A stretch of DNA of 64,000 bases from an uncultured Candidatus Saccharibacteria bacterium (GCA_964462215.1 CAYWVZ010000005.1:2592-66591); one strand, 5' to 3'; positions 31,774 through 41,545 are shown, counted from the stretch's first letter. A program made the numbers and translations. Notes: generated from the letters alone by a model not told the origin.

Positions 31774-31802
31774 TTGCACAGGCAACCGGAGGCGGGTATG
31801 CT
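31774..31802 (+). promoter_or_regulatory. Candidate promoter TTGCAC-17 nt-TATGCT, 8 nt upstream of ATG 31811 (leaderless-type)
   Basis: The hexamers lie at 31774-31779 and 31797-31802. Confidence 0.45.
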
Positions 31803-31810
31803 GGCCTATC

Positions 31811-32233
31811 ATGAGTACCGGCGAATTACCATTTTCAGCCAATGATTTTTATGAACACGCTGCCAGGTTCCTGGACATGCTTGACCTAGTCGAAGAGGGC
31901 TATGCGCAGCCAATGGAACTGCTGCAGGATTTGAATAATCGATGTGGCTTCAGGGGTGCGGAAATCAAGGTCGAGTCCACGGAGCATCGCCTTGACTGGT
32001 CGGATGGGCGTGATCTTATTGCCAGAATCACCGATCTGCAAAAGACAGGCGGAACATTCCACGGTTACTTCATCGGCTACCTTGCCCTCGTGCTGGAAAC
32101 AGACCTCGGGCATGAACGGCCTTTTCTGACTACCGTCCTTCAAACCACTTACTACGACTTTGACAACAAAGTATACCAGCCCCTCCTGGTAGCTACCCCG
32201 ATAGCTCGCGCATCTATCGACTTTTGTTTATAA
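31811..32233 (+). CDS. Hypothetical protein (140 aa)
   Basis: The ORF has its own promoter-like signal. No motif recognised. Confidence 0.5.
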   Translation: MSTGELPFSANDFYEHAARFLDMLDLVEEGYAQPMELLQDLNNRCGFRGAEIKVESTEHRLDWSDGRDLIARITDLQKTGGTFHGYFIGYLALVLETDLGHERPFLTTVLQTTYYDFDNKVYQPLLVATPIARASIDFCL

Positions 32234-32254
32234 TGGTGGCAGTTAGGGGGTGAT

Positions 32255-32569
32255 ATGAAAGCAATATGGAACAAACAGGTGATAGCCGAGGCCGGCAAAG
32301 AGGAACTCATTTATATAGAGGGGAACTGGTACTTTCCGCCGTCCGCGGTCAAGCAGGACTTCTTGCGCAAAAGCGACACGCCCTACACCTGCCCATGGAA
32401 GGGCAAGTGTCAGTACTATGATATCGGGCAGGGCGACAACTGGAGCCGTGACAACGCCTGGAGCTACCCTAAGCCCAAACCATCGGCCATTGAAATCGTC
32501 AAGCAAAGTTCCGGCAAGGATTTTAGCGGCTACATTGCTTTCTGGCGCGACGTCACCGTAGAAGACTAA
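32255..32569 (+). CDS. DUF427 domain protein
   Basis: The pattern IEGNWYFPPSAV...TPYTCPWKGKCQYYDI...NAWSYPKPKPSA...GYIAFWRDV matches DUF427. Confidence 0.7.
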   Translation: MKAIWNKQVIAEAGKEELIYIEGNWYFPPSAVKQDFLRKSDTPYTCPWKGKCQYYDIGQGDNWSRDNAWSYPKPKPSAIEIVKQSSGKDFSGYIAFWRDVTVED

Positions 32570-32664
32570 CGGCAAAACTAACAGTTTAGAAACACGCCGG
32601 GTCTTGCTTTTGCTTAGACTTTAGGGCATTATTAGGCCATAGAGACCTAAAAGGAGGGAACTTT

Positions 32665-33216
32665 ATGGCAAAAAGAGCACAAGAACTCGCCGTTCACTGG
32701 TGGGCGCTCACACTGCGCGGTGTCGCCGCAATTTTATTCGGTATCGCCGCAGTTTTTTGGCCAGGCTTAACCCTGGTAACACTAGTATATCTGCTGAGTG
32801 CATTTATCCTGGTAATAGGTGTTATTAACGTGGTACAGTCTGCTATCGCTATCGGCAAGCACCGTGCATGGGCCTTAACGCTCGTGATGGGTCTGGCCGA
32901 GGTAGCGGTTGGTCTATACCTCGTGCGTCACCCAAACATAACCTTCGACGTCTTCATTTTGGTCGCCGGCTTGCTGTTCGTAGCTCGCGGTGTGATCGAA
33001 GTGGTCGCCTCTCTGGCCGAAAGTGCCGGCAGCGCGACATCCCGGACTTTGTCGGTTATCGTTGGTATCGCCGCTTTCCTGATCGGTATCATCCTGCTCT
33101 TCCAACCGGAAGCAGGCGGTGTCGCCTTCGTCTGGATTCTCGGCCTATACGCCTTGATTACCGGACCGCTCATGATTGCCTTGTCGCTTGACGTCAAGTC
33201 ATCACTCGACCAATAG
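32665..33216 (+). CDS. HdeD/DUF308 family membrane protein
   Basis: Repeated DUF308 helices are present (WWALTLRGVAAILFGIAAVFWPG...). An AAGGAGGG SD precedes the gene. Confidence 0.7.
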   Translation: MAKRAQELAVHWWALTLRGVAAILFGIAAVFWPGLTLVTLVYLLSAFILVIGVINVVQSAIAIGKHRAWALTLVMGLAEVAVGLYLVRHPNITFDVFILVAGLLFVARGVIEVVASLAESAGSATSRTLSVIVGIAAFLIGIILLFQPEAGGVAFVWILGLYALITGPLMIALSLDVKSSLDQ

Positions 33217-33269
33217 TAAGAGTTAACAATAATAGCCATCCCGGTCTCTAAAACCAAAAACCCTAAAAG

Positions 33270-33297
33270 ACCAGCCGCCAAAACCGCGGCTGGTTTT
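33270..33297 (+). terminator. Intrinsic terminator after the hdeD-like gene
   Basis: A perfect 9-bp stem (ACCAGCCGC/GCGGCTGGT) with a 7-nt loop runs directly into TTTT. Confidence 0.7.
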
Positions 33298-33340
33298 ACT
33301 TTTTAGCCGCCTCGGACTTGTCTGGGCATTATAATTTTGT

Positions 33341-33346
33341 TATAAT
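33341..33346 (+). promoter_or_regulatory. TATAAT box 6 nt upstream of antitoxin ATG 33353; a second TATAAT lies at 33330-33335
   Basis: The sequence reads catTATAATtttgtTATAATacttttATG. Confidence 0.45.
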
Positions 33347-33352
33347 ACTTTT

Positions 33353-33571
33353 ATGATTAAAAGCACCCAAACAATTATCAAAATCGGCTCTAGCGCCGGT
33401 GTAACTATTCCGGCCAAGGAGCTTAAGCGCGAAAATATCAATTTTGGTGATGAGGTTACTATTACCGTAAAGCCGGCGCCCAAAAAAGACTCCCAAACCA
33501 ATCTGGTAGCTGATTACGAAACCTTTAAAAAGACGTACCACGAGACGCTAAAAAACCTGGCCGATAGGTAA
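33353..33571 (+). CDS. AbrB/SpoVT-fold antitoxin (Phd-equivalent partner of Doc)
   Basis: It contains the AbrB-like IKIGSSAGVTIPAKELKRENINFGDEVTI. It is directly upstream of the doc gene with a TAATG overlap. Confidence 0.7.
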   Translation: MIKSTQTIIKIGSSAGVTIPAKELKRENINFGDEVTITVKPAPKKDSQTNLVADYETFKKTYHETLKNLADR

Positions 33572-33984
33572 TGAAGTACCTGACTCTCGAAGATATACTT
33601 CGTTTACATTTCGAGTTGATCGAAGATTTTGGCGGTTCACATGGCGTGCGCGAAGGAGAACGCTTAAAATCGGTTATCGAAGCACCACGACAGCAGATTT
33701 TCGGCCAAGAGCAGTACGCAACGGTCTTTGAAAAAGCTGCCGTCTATGCGCGCAATATTATTGCCGACCATCCGTTTGTCGACGGCAACAAGCGCAGCGG
33801 TATTACCTGCATGGCGGTGTTTTTGTTGGGTAACGGTTATATGTTGACGGCCAAGCCTAAAGACCTAGAAGATTTCGCTGTGCAGATTGCAGTAGAACAC
33901 CTGGACGTAGAAGCGATTGCCCAATGGCTGCAGAAGCATACCAAGGCCAAGAAGGCCAAGAAGGCCAAGAGAGGGAAGTCATAA
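33571..33984 (+). CDS. doc: Fic/Doc family toxin (death-on-curing)
   Basis: The Fic motif HPFVDGNKRSG is present. The C-terminal tail is Lys-rich. Confidence 0.85.
   Translation: MKYLTLEDILRLHFELIEDFGGSHGVREGERLKSVIEAPRQQIFGQEQYATVFEKAAVYARNIIADHPFVDGNKRSGITCMAVFLLGNGYMLTAKPKDLEDFAVQIAVEHLDVEAIAQWLQKHTKAKKAKKAKRGKS
33943..33969 (+). repeat. Perfect 3 x 9-nt tandem repeat (aaggccaag) encoding (KAK)3 in the Doc C-terminal tail
   Basis: Read directly from the sequence. Confidence 0.85.
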
Positions 33985-33986
33985 CC

Positions 33987-34478
33987 ATGGCCGCAAAAAC
34001 AGAAAAAGCCCTCTTCGCCGGCGGTTGCTTCTGGGGTGTGCAGTACTACTTCGACCAAATTCCAGGGGTAGTGCAAACCAAAGTTGGCTATACCGGCGGC
34101 CATACGGCCAACCCTACTTACGAGGACGTGTGTAGCCACACTACCGGCCATGCCGAAGCGGTGCTGGTAGAATATGACCCAGTTACAGTTAACTACCGAA
34201 CTCTGCTAAAGCATTTTTTCCGGCTCCATGACCCGACGCAGCTGAACCGGCAAGGTCCGGATATAGGCGATAATTACCGCAGCGCTGTTTTCTACTTTAA
34301 TGACGCACAAAAGCAAACGGCCCAACAAACCAAGACGAAGGCCCAAGCAAACCATGTGGTGCCGGTTGTCACTGAAATTACCAAAGCCGGTACTTTTTAT
34401 CCGGCCGAAAGTTATCATCAAAAATATACTGAACGTACCGGCCGCGGCATGTGCCACGTACCGTACAAGCCACTATGA
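33987..34478 (+). CDS. msrA: Peptide-methionine (S)-S-oxide reductase MsrA
   Basis: The GGCFWG active-site motif is present. ATG 33987 lies 2 nt after the doc stop. The ORF-track start at 33924 lies inside doc. Confidence 0.9.
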   Translation: MAAKTEKALFAGGCFWGVQYYFDQIPGVVQTKVGYTGGHTANPTYEDVCSHTTGHAEAVLVEYDPVTVNYRTLLKHFFRLHDPTQLNRQGPDIGDNYRSAVFYFNDAQKQTAQQTKTKAQANHVVPVVTEITKAGTFYPAESYHQKYTERTGRGMCHVPYKPL

Positions 34479-34524
34479 ACCCGCTGCTGCCATATCGGAC
34501 TGTTTCCTGTAAAATAGGAACCAG

Positions 34525-35148
34525 ATGAGGCATATCATTTTTGACTTTGACGGCACGCTGGCAGATAGCCTGCCGGTAGTCGTCGGTATTGCCAAAGAGT
34601 TAGTGCCGGAGTTCGACCTCAGTGACAAAGAGGTCGCCCGGCTGCGCAACATGTCGGCCCGGGATATTCTGAAGCACAGCGGCCTTCCGTACTGGAAGCT
34701 ACTTAAATTGCTGCTTCGGGGCAAGCGGCTGTTCTCGCAGCGCCTGGACCAGCTAAAGATATTCCCCGGAATTCCAGAAACCCTAAAGCAACTGCACAAA
34801 GAGGGCTATCAAATAGCGGTGGTCAGCTCTAACACCGAAGATAATATCCGCAAGGTGCTGGAGCATGAAAAAATCGACCAGTATGTAAGTAGCGTCTACG
34901 GCAACCTCGGCCTGTTTAATAAGGCGCGGGCCTTTAAAACGGTGCTGCGCGACCAGCAAACGGATGTTAGTGATGCCATCTACATTGGCGATGAGGTACG
35001 CGACATCGAGGCCGCCAAACGCGGCCACATACCGGTGATTTCGGTGACCTGGGGATATAACGGTGAACGGATTCTGCGCGAGCACCACCCGACATACGTT
35101 GCCCACACGCCCCAAGAATTGCTGACCATAATTGCTCGTCACGGTTAA
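34525..35148 (+). CDS. HAD-superfamily hydrolase (phosphoglycolate-phosphatase-like)
   Basis: It has the IIFDFDGTLADS motif I and the later VSSN and GDEVRD motifs. Confidence 0.75.
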   Translation: MRHIIFDFDGTLADSLPVVVGIAKELVPEFDLSDKEVARLRNMSARDILKHSGLPYWKLLKLLLRGKRLFSQRLDQLKIFPGIPETLKQLHKEGYQIAVVSSNTEDNIRKVLEHEKIDQYVSSVYGNLGLFNKARAFKTVLRDQQTDVSDAIYIGDEVRDIEAAKRGHIPVISVTWGYNGERILREHHPTYVAHTPQELLTIIARHG

Positions 35149-35152
35149 ACCT

Positions 35153-35845
35153 ATGCGGCTGCATCGCTTTTATGTTGGCTCTGTCGTGGCGCTTGACCAC
35201 TATGTTGAATTAACCGACGTACGGATCATCGGCCAATGGAACAAGGTACTGCGCTACCGGCCGGGGCAGGAAGTAGTGCTGTTTGATGGCATTGCCAAAG
35301 AACGGCTGTATGTAATCAGCGAACTGACCGCCCGCCAAGCCCGCCTAGAACTGGTGACCGATCTTGACCGCACAACGCCGGAACGCGAAGTGTATCTGTT
35401 CTGGAGCCTGCTCAAAAAAGATAAAAATGACTGGGTGTTGCAAAAATGCACCGAACTCGGCGTCAGCCGCTTTGTGCCGTTGCTGGCCGAACGGTCCGAA
35501 AAGACTGGCTTTAACCTGGAGCGGGCCGAGAAGATTGTGGTTGAGGCCGCCGAACAGTGCGGCCGCAGTGATATCCCACGCGTCCATGAGCCGCTGCTGG
35601 TACAGACCGCATTGCATACATACGGCGCCGAAATGCCGCTGTTCGTTTGCGAACAGCATGAAGCCGCGCCGCAGAAACCTCATTACAAAACAGCCGGTGT
35701 GCTAGTAGGGCCGGAGGGTGGCTGGAGCGACAGCGAAAAGCGCCTATTTGCCACCCAAGAGCTGGGCAAACTGCGCCTCGGCGACTTCACGCTGCGCGCC
35801 GAAACTGCCAGTATCGTGGCTGCCGCCCGACTTGCAGGGTTGTGA
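35153..35845 (+). CDS. rsmE: 16S rRNA (uracil1498-N3)-methyltransferase RsmE
   Basis: The N-terminus reads MRLHRFYV and the C-terminal SPOUT motif is VGPEGGWSDSE. Confidence 0.8.
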   Translation: MRLHRFYVGSVVALDHYVELTDVRIIGQWNKVLRYRPGQEVVLFDGIAKERLYVISELTARQARLELVTDLDRTTPEREVYLFWSLLKKDKNDWVLQKCTELGVSRFVPLLAERSEKTGFNLERAEKIVVEAAEQCGRSDIPRVHEPLLVQTALHTYGAEMPLFVCEQHEAAPQKPHYKTAGVLVGPEGGWSDSEKRLFATQELGKLRLGDFTLRAETASIVAAARLAGL

Positions 35846-35871
35846 TATAGTTAAGTCCAAGAGTTGTCCTG

Positions 35872-36315
35872 ATGAAAACACCCCCTAACCGCACCAAACA
35901 AACAGCCAAGCCCGTCTCTTCGGAGCCAACCGGCAACTATGTCACAATGAGTCCCGAAGGCTACGTCGAGATCGTCGCCATCGGTGACCAGACGCCGCAA
36001 ACCATTGAAAAAGTCTCCCAAGAAGGCGCGGCACTGGTTAGGAAAGTCACCAAGGGCGATCCCGAACACAGCCGGCAATTGGTGGATATCTCGCGTTCCG
36101 GCAGCTATTCGTCGGAGTCCAACAAAGCGGCCATGAAAGTCATCGAATTTCTGGAATACGAACGGGTGGCGATCTTCGGCGGCAGCCACCTGCTCAACGA
36201 TGTTATCAATATGGTAATTATGCTGATGGGCAAGGGCGGCAAGATCAAAACCTTTGATACCCGGGACGAGGCAGTAGCTTGGCTGTCCGAGCCGCGCAAG
36301 CCGCTTGGCGCGTAA
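35872..36315 (+). CDS. Hypothetical protein, possibly STAS/SpoIIAA-like
   Basis: The 147-aa ORF shows only a weak, by-eye resemblance to STAS-like domains. Confidence 0.35.
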   Translation: MKTPPNRTKQTAKPVSSEPTGNYVTMSPEGYVEIVAIGDQTPQTIEKVSQEGAALVRKVTKGDPEHSRQLVDISRSGSYSSESNKAAMKVIEFLEYERVAIFGGSHLLNDVINMVIMLMGKGGKIKTFDTRDEAVAWLSEPRKPLGA

Positions 36316-36372
36316 GCCGGCGCAAAAACCCGGCCGGCGGCGCAGCCAACATACGGTATAATACCTACTCAC

Positions 36373-37161
36373 ATGGCAGATACTTCTTATTCGCGGCGGC
36401 GTTCGCAACCTTACAAACCGGGCCAGACCGATCCGTTTAAAGTCAGCCGCAGTAAAATCGAGCTGTTTAAGCAGTGTCCGCGCTGTTTTTGGCTGGATAC
36501 ACGGCTCAAGATTACCCGCCCCAGCAGCCCGCCGTTTAACATCAACAAAGCCATCGACGAATTACTCAAAAAAGAATTCGATAGCTACCGCGCCCAGGCT
36601 AAACCACACCCCTTAATGGTCAAAAACAGTATCCAGGCCGTACCGTACCAGCACGACGACCTTGATACGTGGCGCTACAATTTCACCGGCGTATTTACGC
36701 TGCATGAACCGACCAACCTGCACGTTTTTGGCGCGGTCGACGATATCTGGGTTAACGACAATCACGAGTTAATCGTGGTCGACTACAAAGCAACCGCCAA
36801 AAACAAAGAAGTCGATATCGAATCAGACTGGCAGATCAGCTACAAACGCCAAATGGAAGTCTACCAGTGGCTGCTGCGCCAAAACGCCTTCGCGGTCAGC
36901 GACACCGCCTACTTTGTATATACCAACGGCCGCATCGACCTGGATGGGTTTAACGACCGTGTCGAGTTCCGTACCAAAGTTATTCCGTACACCGGCAACG
37001 CTGATTGGGTGGAACCGACCCTGCTTCAGATGAAAGAATGTATGGAAGGCGACATGCCGGCTATCGGCACGGCCGCCATGGGCGGCGAATGCGAATTTTG
37101 CGCCTACGCCCGCGAGCGCACCACATTGACCTTAAATCATATCCAAAATAAGCAGAAATAG
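36373..37161 (+). CDS. PD-(D/E)XK nuclease, Cas4/RecB-like with four cysteines
   Basis: It has an N-terminal CPRCFW, the VVDYK (D/E-x-K) motif, QMEVYQWLL (QxxxY) and a C-terminal CEFCAY. TATAAT at 36357-36362 lies 10 nt upstream of the ATG. Confidence 0.7.
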   Translation: MADTSYSRRRSQPYKPGQTDPFKVSRSKIELFKQCPRCFWLDTRLKITRPSSPPFNINKAIDELLKKEFDSYRAQAKPHPLMVKNSIQAVPYQHDDLDTWRYNFTGVFTLHEPTNLHVFGAVDDIWVNDNHELIVVDYKATAKNKEVDIESDWQISYKRQMEVYQWLLRQNAFAVSDTAYFVYTNGRIDLDGFNDRVEFRTKVIPYTGNADWVEPTLLQMKECMEGDMPAIGTAAMGGECEFCAYARERTTLTLNHIQNKQK

Positions 37162-37164
37162 ACG

Positions 37165-37170
37165 TATAAT
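37165..37170 (+). promoter_or_regulatory. TATAAT box 6 nt upstream of the serS ATG (leaderless-type)
   Basis: The sequence reads gacgTATAATacaattATG. Confidence 0.45.
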
Positions 37171-37176
37171 ACAATT

Positions 37177-38463
37177 ATGCTAGATATTCAGTTTATCCGC
37201 GACAATCCCGAACTGGTCGCCGAAAAGTCTAAACAAAAAGGTAACAAAGTCGATATCAACACGTTGCTCAAGCTTGACGCCAAAATCCGCAAGCTACAAC
37301 CCGAACTCGAGATTGCCCAGCAAGAGCGCAACACCCTGGCGGCACAATCTAAGGGTCAAAAACCGACTGCCCAGCAGATTGCCGCTGGCAAAACTCTGCG
37401 CCAGAAAATTACCAAACTCGAAGACCAGCTCAACGATGTGCGTAAAGATTATACGACGCTTCTCAAGGCCGTTCCGAACATGCCGTTTGATGATGTGCCG
37501 GTTGGTACCAGCGAGGACGACAATCAAGTTGTCAAAACGGTCGGTGAGCCAACCGCGTTTGATTTTAAACCCAAAACGCACGCCGAACTGGGCATAGCTA
37601 AAGATTGGCTCGACAAAGAGCGGGCCGCTAAAGTCACCGGTAGCCGTTTTGCGTATCTTAAGGGCGACCTGGTTAAGATACAGTTTGCCATCGTCCAATT
37701 TGTATTGCGTACTCTGACCGACGAGAAAGTTATTCAGAAGCGTATCATCGACAACGGGCTTAAAGTGGCAGCCAAACCGTTCGTACCAATATTGCCGCCA
37801 TACATGCTGCGCACTGATGTCTACGATGCTATGGATCGGCTGGAGCCGCGCGACGACCGCTATAAAGTTGGCGAAACCAAAGACGACCTATGGTTGCAGG
37901 GCAGTGCCGAACATGTCATCGGGTCTATGTATATGAACGAGATTATCCCAGAGGCCGAACTGCCGCTGCGGTTTATCGGCTATGCCACCAGTTTCCGGCG
38001 TGAGGCAGGGACGTATGGCAAAGATACCGAAGGCCTGATCCGCATGCACCAGTTTGATAAACTCGAAATGGAAGTACTCAGTACGCCCGAAACCGGTGCC
38101 GACGAGCACACATTACTGGTCGCTATCCAGGAGTATCTTATGCAACAACTGCAGCTTCCGTACCAGCTTATCCAGAAATGTACGGCCGACATCGGCAAAC
38201 CGAACGCCCGCGGCGTTGATATCGACGCCTGGATGCCGGGGCAGGGCAAGTACCGCGAAACCCACACTGCCGACTACATGACCGACTACCAGGCTCGCCG
38301 GCTCAAAACCAGGGTCCGCAAAGCCGATGGTTCCGTTGAACTTGTCCATAGCAATGACGCCACCGCTTTTGCGCTGGGGCGTACCATGGCGGTTATCATG
38401 GAGAATTACCAAACCGCAGCCGGGAATATCTTGATACCCGAAGTCCTCAAACCGTATATGTAA
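37177..38463 (+). CDS. serS: Seryl-tRNA synthetase
   Basis: An N-terminal coiled-coil arm is followed by a class II core (FRREAGTYGKDTEGLIRMHQFDKLE). Confidence 0.95.
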   Translation: MLDIQFIRDNPELVAEKSKQKGNKVDINTLLKLDAKIRKLQPELEIAQQERNTLAAQSKGQKPTAQQIAAGKTLRQKITKLEDQLNDVRKDYTTLLKAVPNMPFDDVPVGTSEDDNQVVKTVGEPTAFDFKPKTHAELGIAKDWLDKERAAKVTGSRFAYLKGDLVKIQFAIVQFVLRTLTDEKVIQKRIIDNGLKVAAKPFVPILPPYMLRTDVYDAMDRLEPRDDRYKVGETKDDLWLQGSAEHVIGSMYMNEIIPEAELPLRFIGYATSFRREAGTYGKDTEGLIRMHQFDKLEMEVLSTPETGADEHTLLVAIQEYLMQQLQLPYQLIQKCTADIGKPNARGVDIDAWMPGQGKYRETHTADYMTDYQARRLKTRVRKADGSVELVHSNDATAFALGRTMAVIMENYQTAAGNILIPEVLKPYM

Positions 38464-38484
38464 AGCCAAAGGAGCTCCAAGCCC

Positions 38485-38847
38485 ATGATCCAAAAAATCG
38501 AAATCAACGGCGTACATGCCGACGTCAACGAAGACTTGCGTAAATACGTACTCAAGAAGATCGGCAACCTCGACAAATATATGTCCAAGCATACCCGTAC
38601 GTCAGCACATGCCGAGGTCAGACTTAAAGAATCTAAAGCCAAAGATAAACGCGAACACACCTGCGAGGTCGTGCTATACCTGCCGCACGAAGTGCTGACG
38701 ACGCACGAGACAACCATGAACATCTACGCGGCCGTCGATATCGTCGAAGCTAAACTGCGCAACCAGCTCAAAAAATACAAAGAAACACACGAGTCGGTGC
38801 GCTTGCGCCAGCGGGTGATCGCCCGTTTTAAGCGCCAAACGCCGTAA
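38485..38847 (+). CDS. hpf: Ribosome hibernation factor HPF/RaiA (short form)
   Basis: The sequence reads IEINGVHADVNEDLRKYVLKKIGNLDKY...VDIVEAKLRNQLKKYKE. An AAAGGAG SD precedes the gene. Confidence 0.85.
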   Translation: MIQKIEINGVHADVNEDLRKYVLKKIGNLDKYMSKHTRTSAHAEVRLKESKAKDKREHTCEVVLYLPHEVLTTHETTMNIYAAVDIVEAKLRNQLKKYKETHESVRLRQRVIARFKRQTP

Positions 38848-38929
38848 AATTGTCTTTTTAGACTGAATTTCAAGCTTTTTTAGGCTACAATAGGTACGAT
38901 ACCAATCCGGAGGGAATGACAGTTTAGTA

Positions 38930-41545
38930 ATGAAAAAAATCTTGAAGAAGTTTTTGGGTGACCCGCAAGCGAAAACATTAAAACGTTTGCGTAAGCGCGT
39001 GGCTGAGGTTAATGCCCTGGCGCCAACCTACAAAAAAATGACCGACGCGCAGCTACGCGCCCAAACCGACAAGCTCAAAAAACGTCTCGACAAAGACTCG
39101 CTCGAGAAGCTCTTGCCTGATGCGTTCGCGTTGGTGCGCGAGGCGGCCGACCGCACGCTCGGCATGCGCCACTTCGATGTACAGCTGATCGGCGGCATGG
39201 TCCTGCACGAGGGCAACGTTGCCGAAATGAAAACCGGTGAAGGCAAGACCTTAGTAGCCACGCTGCCGGTCTATCTCAACGCGTTAACCGGCAAAGGCGT
39301 CCATGTGGTCACCGTCAACGATTACCTGGCCCAGCGCGACGTCGGCTGGATGGGGCCGGTGTATCATTTCTTAGGGCTGAGTACCGGTGTTATCATCGCC
39401 GAAGAATCATTCTTATACGATCCGGAATTCATTAACACCAAGCATGAAGATAAGCGTCTGCAGCACTTGCGTCCCTGCACCCGCCAAGAGGCCTATAACG
39501 CCGACGTTACCTATGGTACCAACAACGAGTTCGGTTTCGACTACCTGCGCGACAACATGGTGCGCGAGGTCGACCAGTTGCGCCAACGTGACCTGCACTT
39601 TGCCATTGTCGACGAAGTCGACTCTATCTTGATTGACGAAGCCCGCACACCGTTGATTATTTCGGCGCCGTCGATGACCAGCGCCGAAGCCTACGAGCAA
39701 TTTACCAAAGTCGTACGCCAGTTGCGCAAAGACGACCACTACGAAGTCGATGAAAAACGCAAAGCCGTGGTACTAACTGACGACGGCGTAGAAAAGGTCG
39801 AGAAAGTCCTGGGCATCGACAACCTCTACGGCACCGATAATATCCGTACCATTTACCATTTAGAACAAGCTCTGCGCGCCCAGGCGCTGTTTAAGCGCGA
39901 CAAAGACTACGTTGTCAGCGGCGACGGCGAAGTGGTCATCGTCGATGAATTCACCGGCCGGTTGCTGCGCGGCCGCCGCTATAACGAGGGTCTGCACCAG
40001 GCTATCGAAGCCAAAGAAGCCGTCGCCGTACAAGAAGAGTCGATGACGTTGGCTACCATTTCGTTTCAGAACTACTTCCGTCTGTACGAAAAGCTGGCCG
40101 GTATGACCGGCACCGCCCAAACCGAAAGCGAAGAATTCCACCAGATCTACAAGCTTGAAGTGGTTGAAGTGCCGGCCAACAAGCCGCTGCGCCGCGTGGA
40201 CTTGCCCGACCGCATCTATAAGACCGAAACCGGCAAGTTTAGCGCCGTTATTAAAGAAATCAGGGTGCTGCACCAGAAGGGCCAGCCTATCCTAATTGGT
40301 ACGGCTTCGATTGAAAAGAATGAGGTAATGAGCCGTTTGCTCAAAAAGGCTGGCATACCGCACCAAATCTTAAACGCCAAAAATAATGAAAAAGAAGCTT
40401 CGATTGTCGCCCAAGCCGGCCAAAAAGGCGCGGTGACGCTCGCTACCAACATCGCCGGGCGCGGTACCGACATCTTGCTGGGCGATGGCGTCAAAGAGCT
40501 AGGCGGCTTGTTTATCCTGGGTAGCGAGCGTCACGAATCCCGCCGTATCGACAACCAGCTGCGCGGCCGCGCCGGCCGGCAGGGCGACAAGGGTACCACC
40601 CAATTCTTTGTCAGTACCGAAGACGACCTGATGCGTGTATTCGGCGGCGATCGTATCGGCGGCATGATGGCTCGCATGAATGTGCCCGAAGACATGCCTA
40701 TCGAGAACCGCATTATTTCGCGCAGCCTCGAAGCCGCCCAGAAAAAGGTAGAAGGCCATAACTTTGATATGCGTAAAAATGTTGTTCAATATGACGATGT
40801 TATGAACCGGCACCGTAAAGCCACCTACGCCATGCGCAAAGAGATTCTGCACCAGGTCAACATCCAGAAACGCATTAAAATCTTTATCGAACAAGAGGTC
40901 GAGGCGCTGGCCAACTCGCCGCTGGCCACAACCGACCTGTACGAGGAGCTGATTACCGAAGTATTGCCGTTCGATGATGCCACGCTGGACCGGCTGTTCG
41001 ACACCGCGGCCAGCGGCTTTGAAAAAGTTCTGCTCAGCGAAGCCCAGGACTTGTACGAAGCGCGCGAAGCGGCCTTTGGCGCCGAAACCATGCGCAAAGT
41101 GGAGCGCGATATTTATCTGCAAATCTTGGACAATCTGTGGATGCAGCACCTGGAAAACATGGCTCACTTGCGCGAGGGCATCGGCTGGATCAGCGTTGGC
41201 CAGCGCGACCCGCTGGTGGAATATCGCAGGCAAGGCCAACACCTCTTTGAAGAAATGCAGGCAACGCTGCGTCATGACGTGGTTCGGACATTGTTCCACG
41301 CCGAACCGGTGGCCGACCTCGACCGGCCGGTCGAGACCGACCTAACCCGCGCCGCCCGCCAGTCGGTCGATAACGCCGACAAAATTATCGACGTTGAAGA
41401 ATTCGAAGAGTCAGACTTCCAACTGCCAGTCACGCCGGTGCCAGTTGCCGCCTCCAGTACCAAAAAAGTCGTCAGTCACCGCAACCGCAAGAAAGCCCGC
41501 AAAGCCGAACGCAAACGCCGCGCCAAAGGAAAGCGCAAAAAGTGA
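38930..41545 (+). CDS. secA: Preprotein translocase ATPase SecA
   Basis: It has the Walker A MKTGEGKTL and the DEAD-like IVDEVDSILIDEARTPLIIS. Length is 871 aa with a basic C-terminal tail. A GGAGGG SD precedes the gene. Confidence 0.95.
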   Translation: MKKILKKFLGDPQAKTLKRLRKRVAEVNALAPTYKKMTDAQLRAQTDKLKKRLDKDSLEKLLPDAFALVREAADRTLGMRHFDVQLIGGMVLHEGNVAEMKTGEGKTLVATLPVYLNALTGKGVHVVTVNDYLAQRDVGWMGPVYHFLGLSTGVIIAEESFLYDPEFINTKHEDKRLQHLRPCTRQEAYNADVTYGTNNEFGFDYLRDNMVREVDQLRQRDLHFAIVDEVDSILIDEARTPLIISAPSMTSAEAYEQFTKVVRQLRKDDHYEVDEKRKAVVLTDDGVEKVEKVLGIDNLYGTDNIRTIYHLEQALRAQALFKRDKDYVVSGDGEVVIVDEFTGRLLRGRRYNEGLHQAIEAKEAVAVQEESMTLATISFQNYFRLYEKLAGMTGTAQTESEEFHQIYKLEVVEVPANKPLRRVDLPDRIYKTETGKFSAVIKEIRVLHQKGQPILIGTASIEKNEVMSRLLKKAGIPHQILNAKNNEKEASIVAQAGQKGAVTLATNIAGRGTDILLGDGVKELGGLFILGSERHESRRIDNQLRGRAGRQGDKGTTQFFVSTEDDLMRVFGGDRIGGMMARMNVPEDMPIENRIISRSLEAAQKKVEGHNFDMRKNVVQYDDVMNRHRKATYAMRKEILHQVNIQKRIKIFIEQEVEALANSPLATTDLYEELITEVLPFDDATLDRLFDTAASGFEKVLLSEAQDLYEAREAAFGAETMRKVERDIYLQILDNLWMQHLENMAHLREGIGWISVGQRDPLVEYRRQGQHLFEEMQATLRHDVVRTLFHAEPVADLDRPVETDLTRAARQSVDNADKIIDVEEFEESDFQLPVTPVPVAASSTKKVVSHRNRKKARKAERKRRAKGKRKK

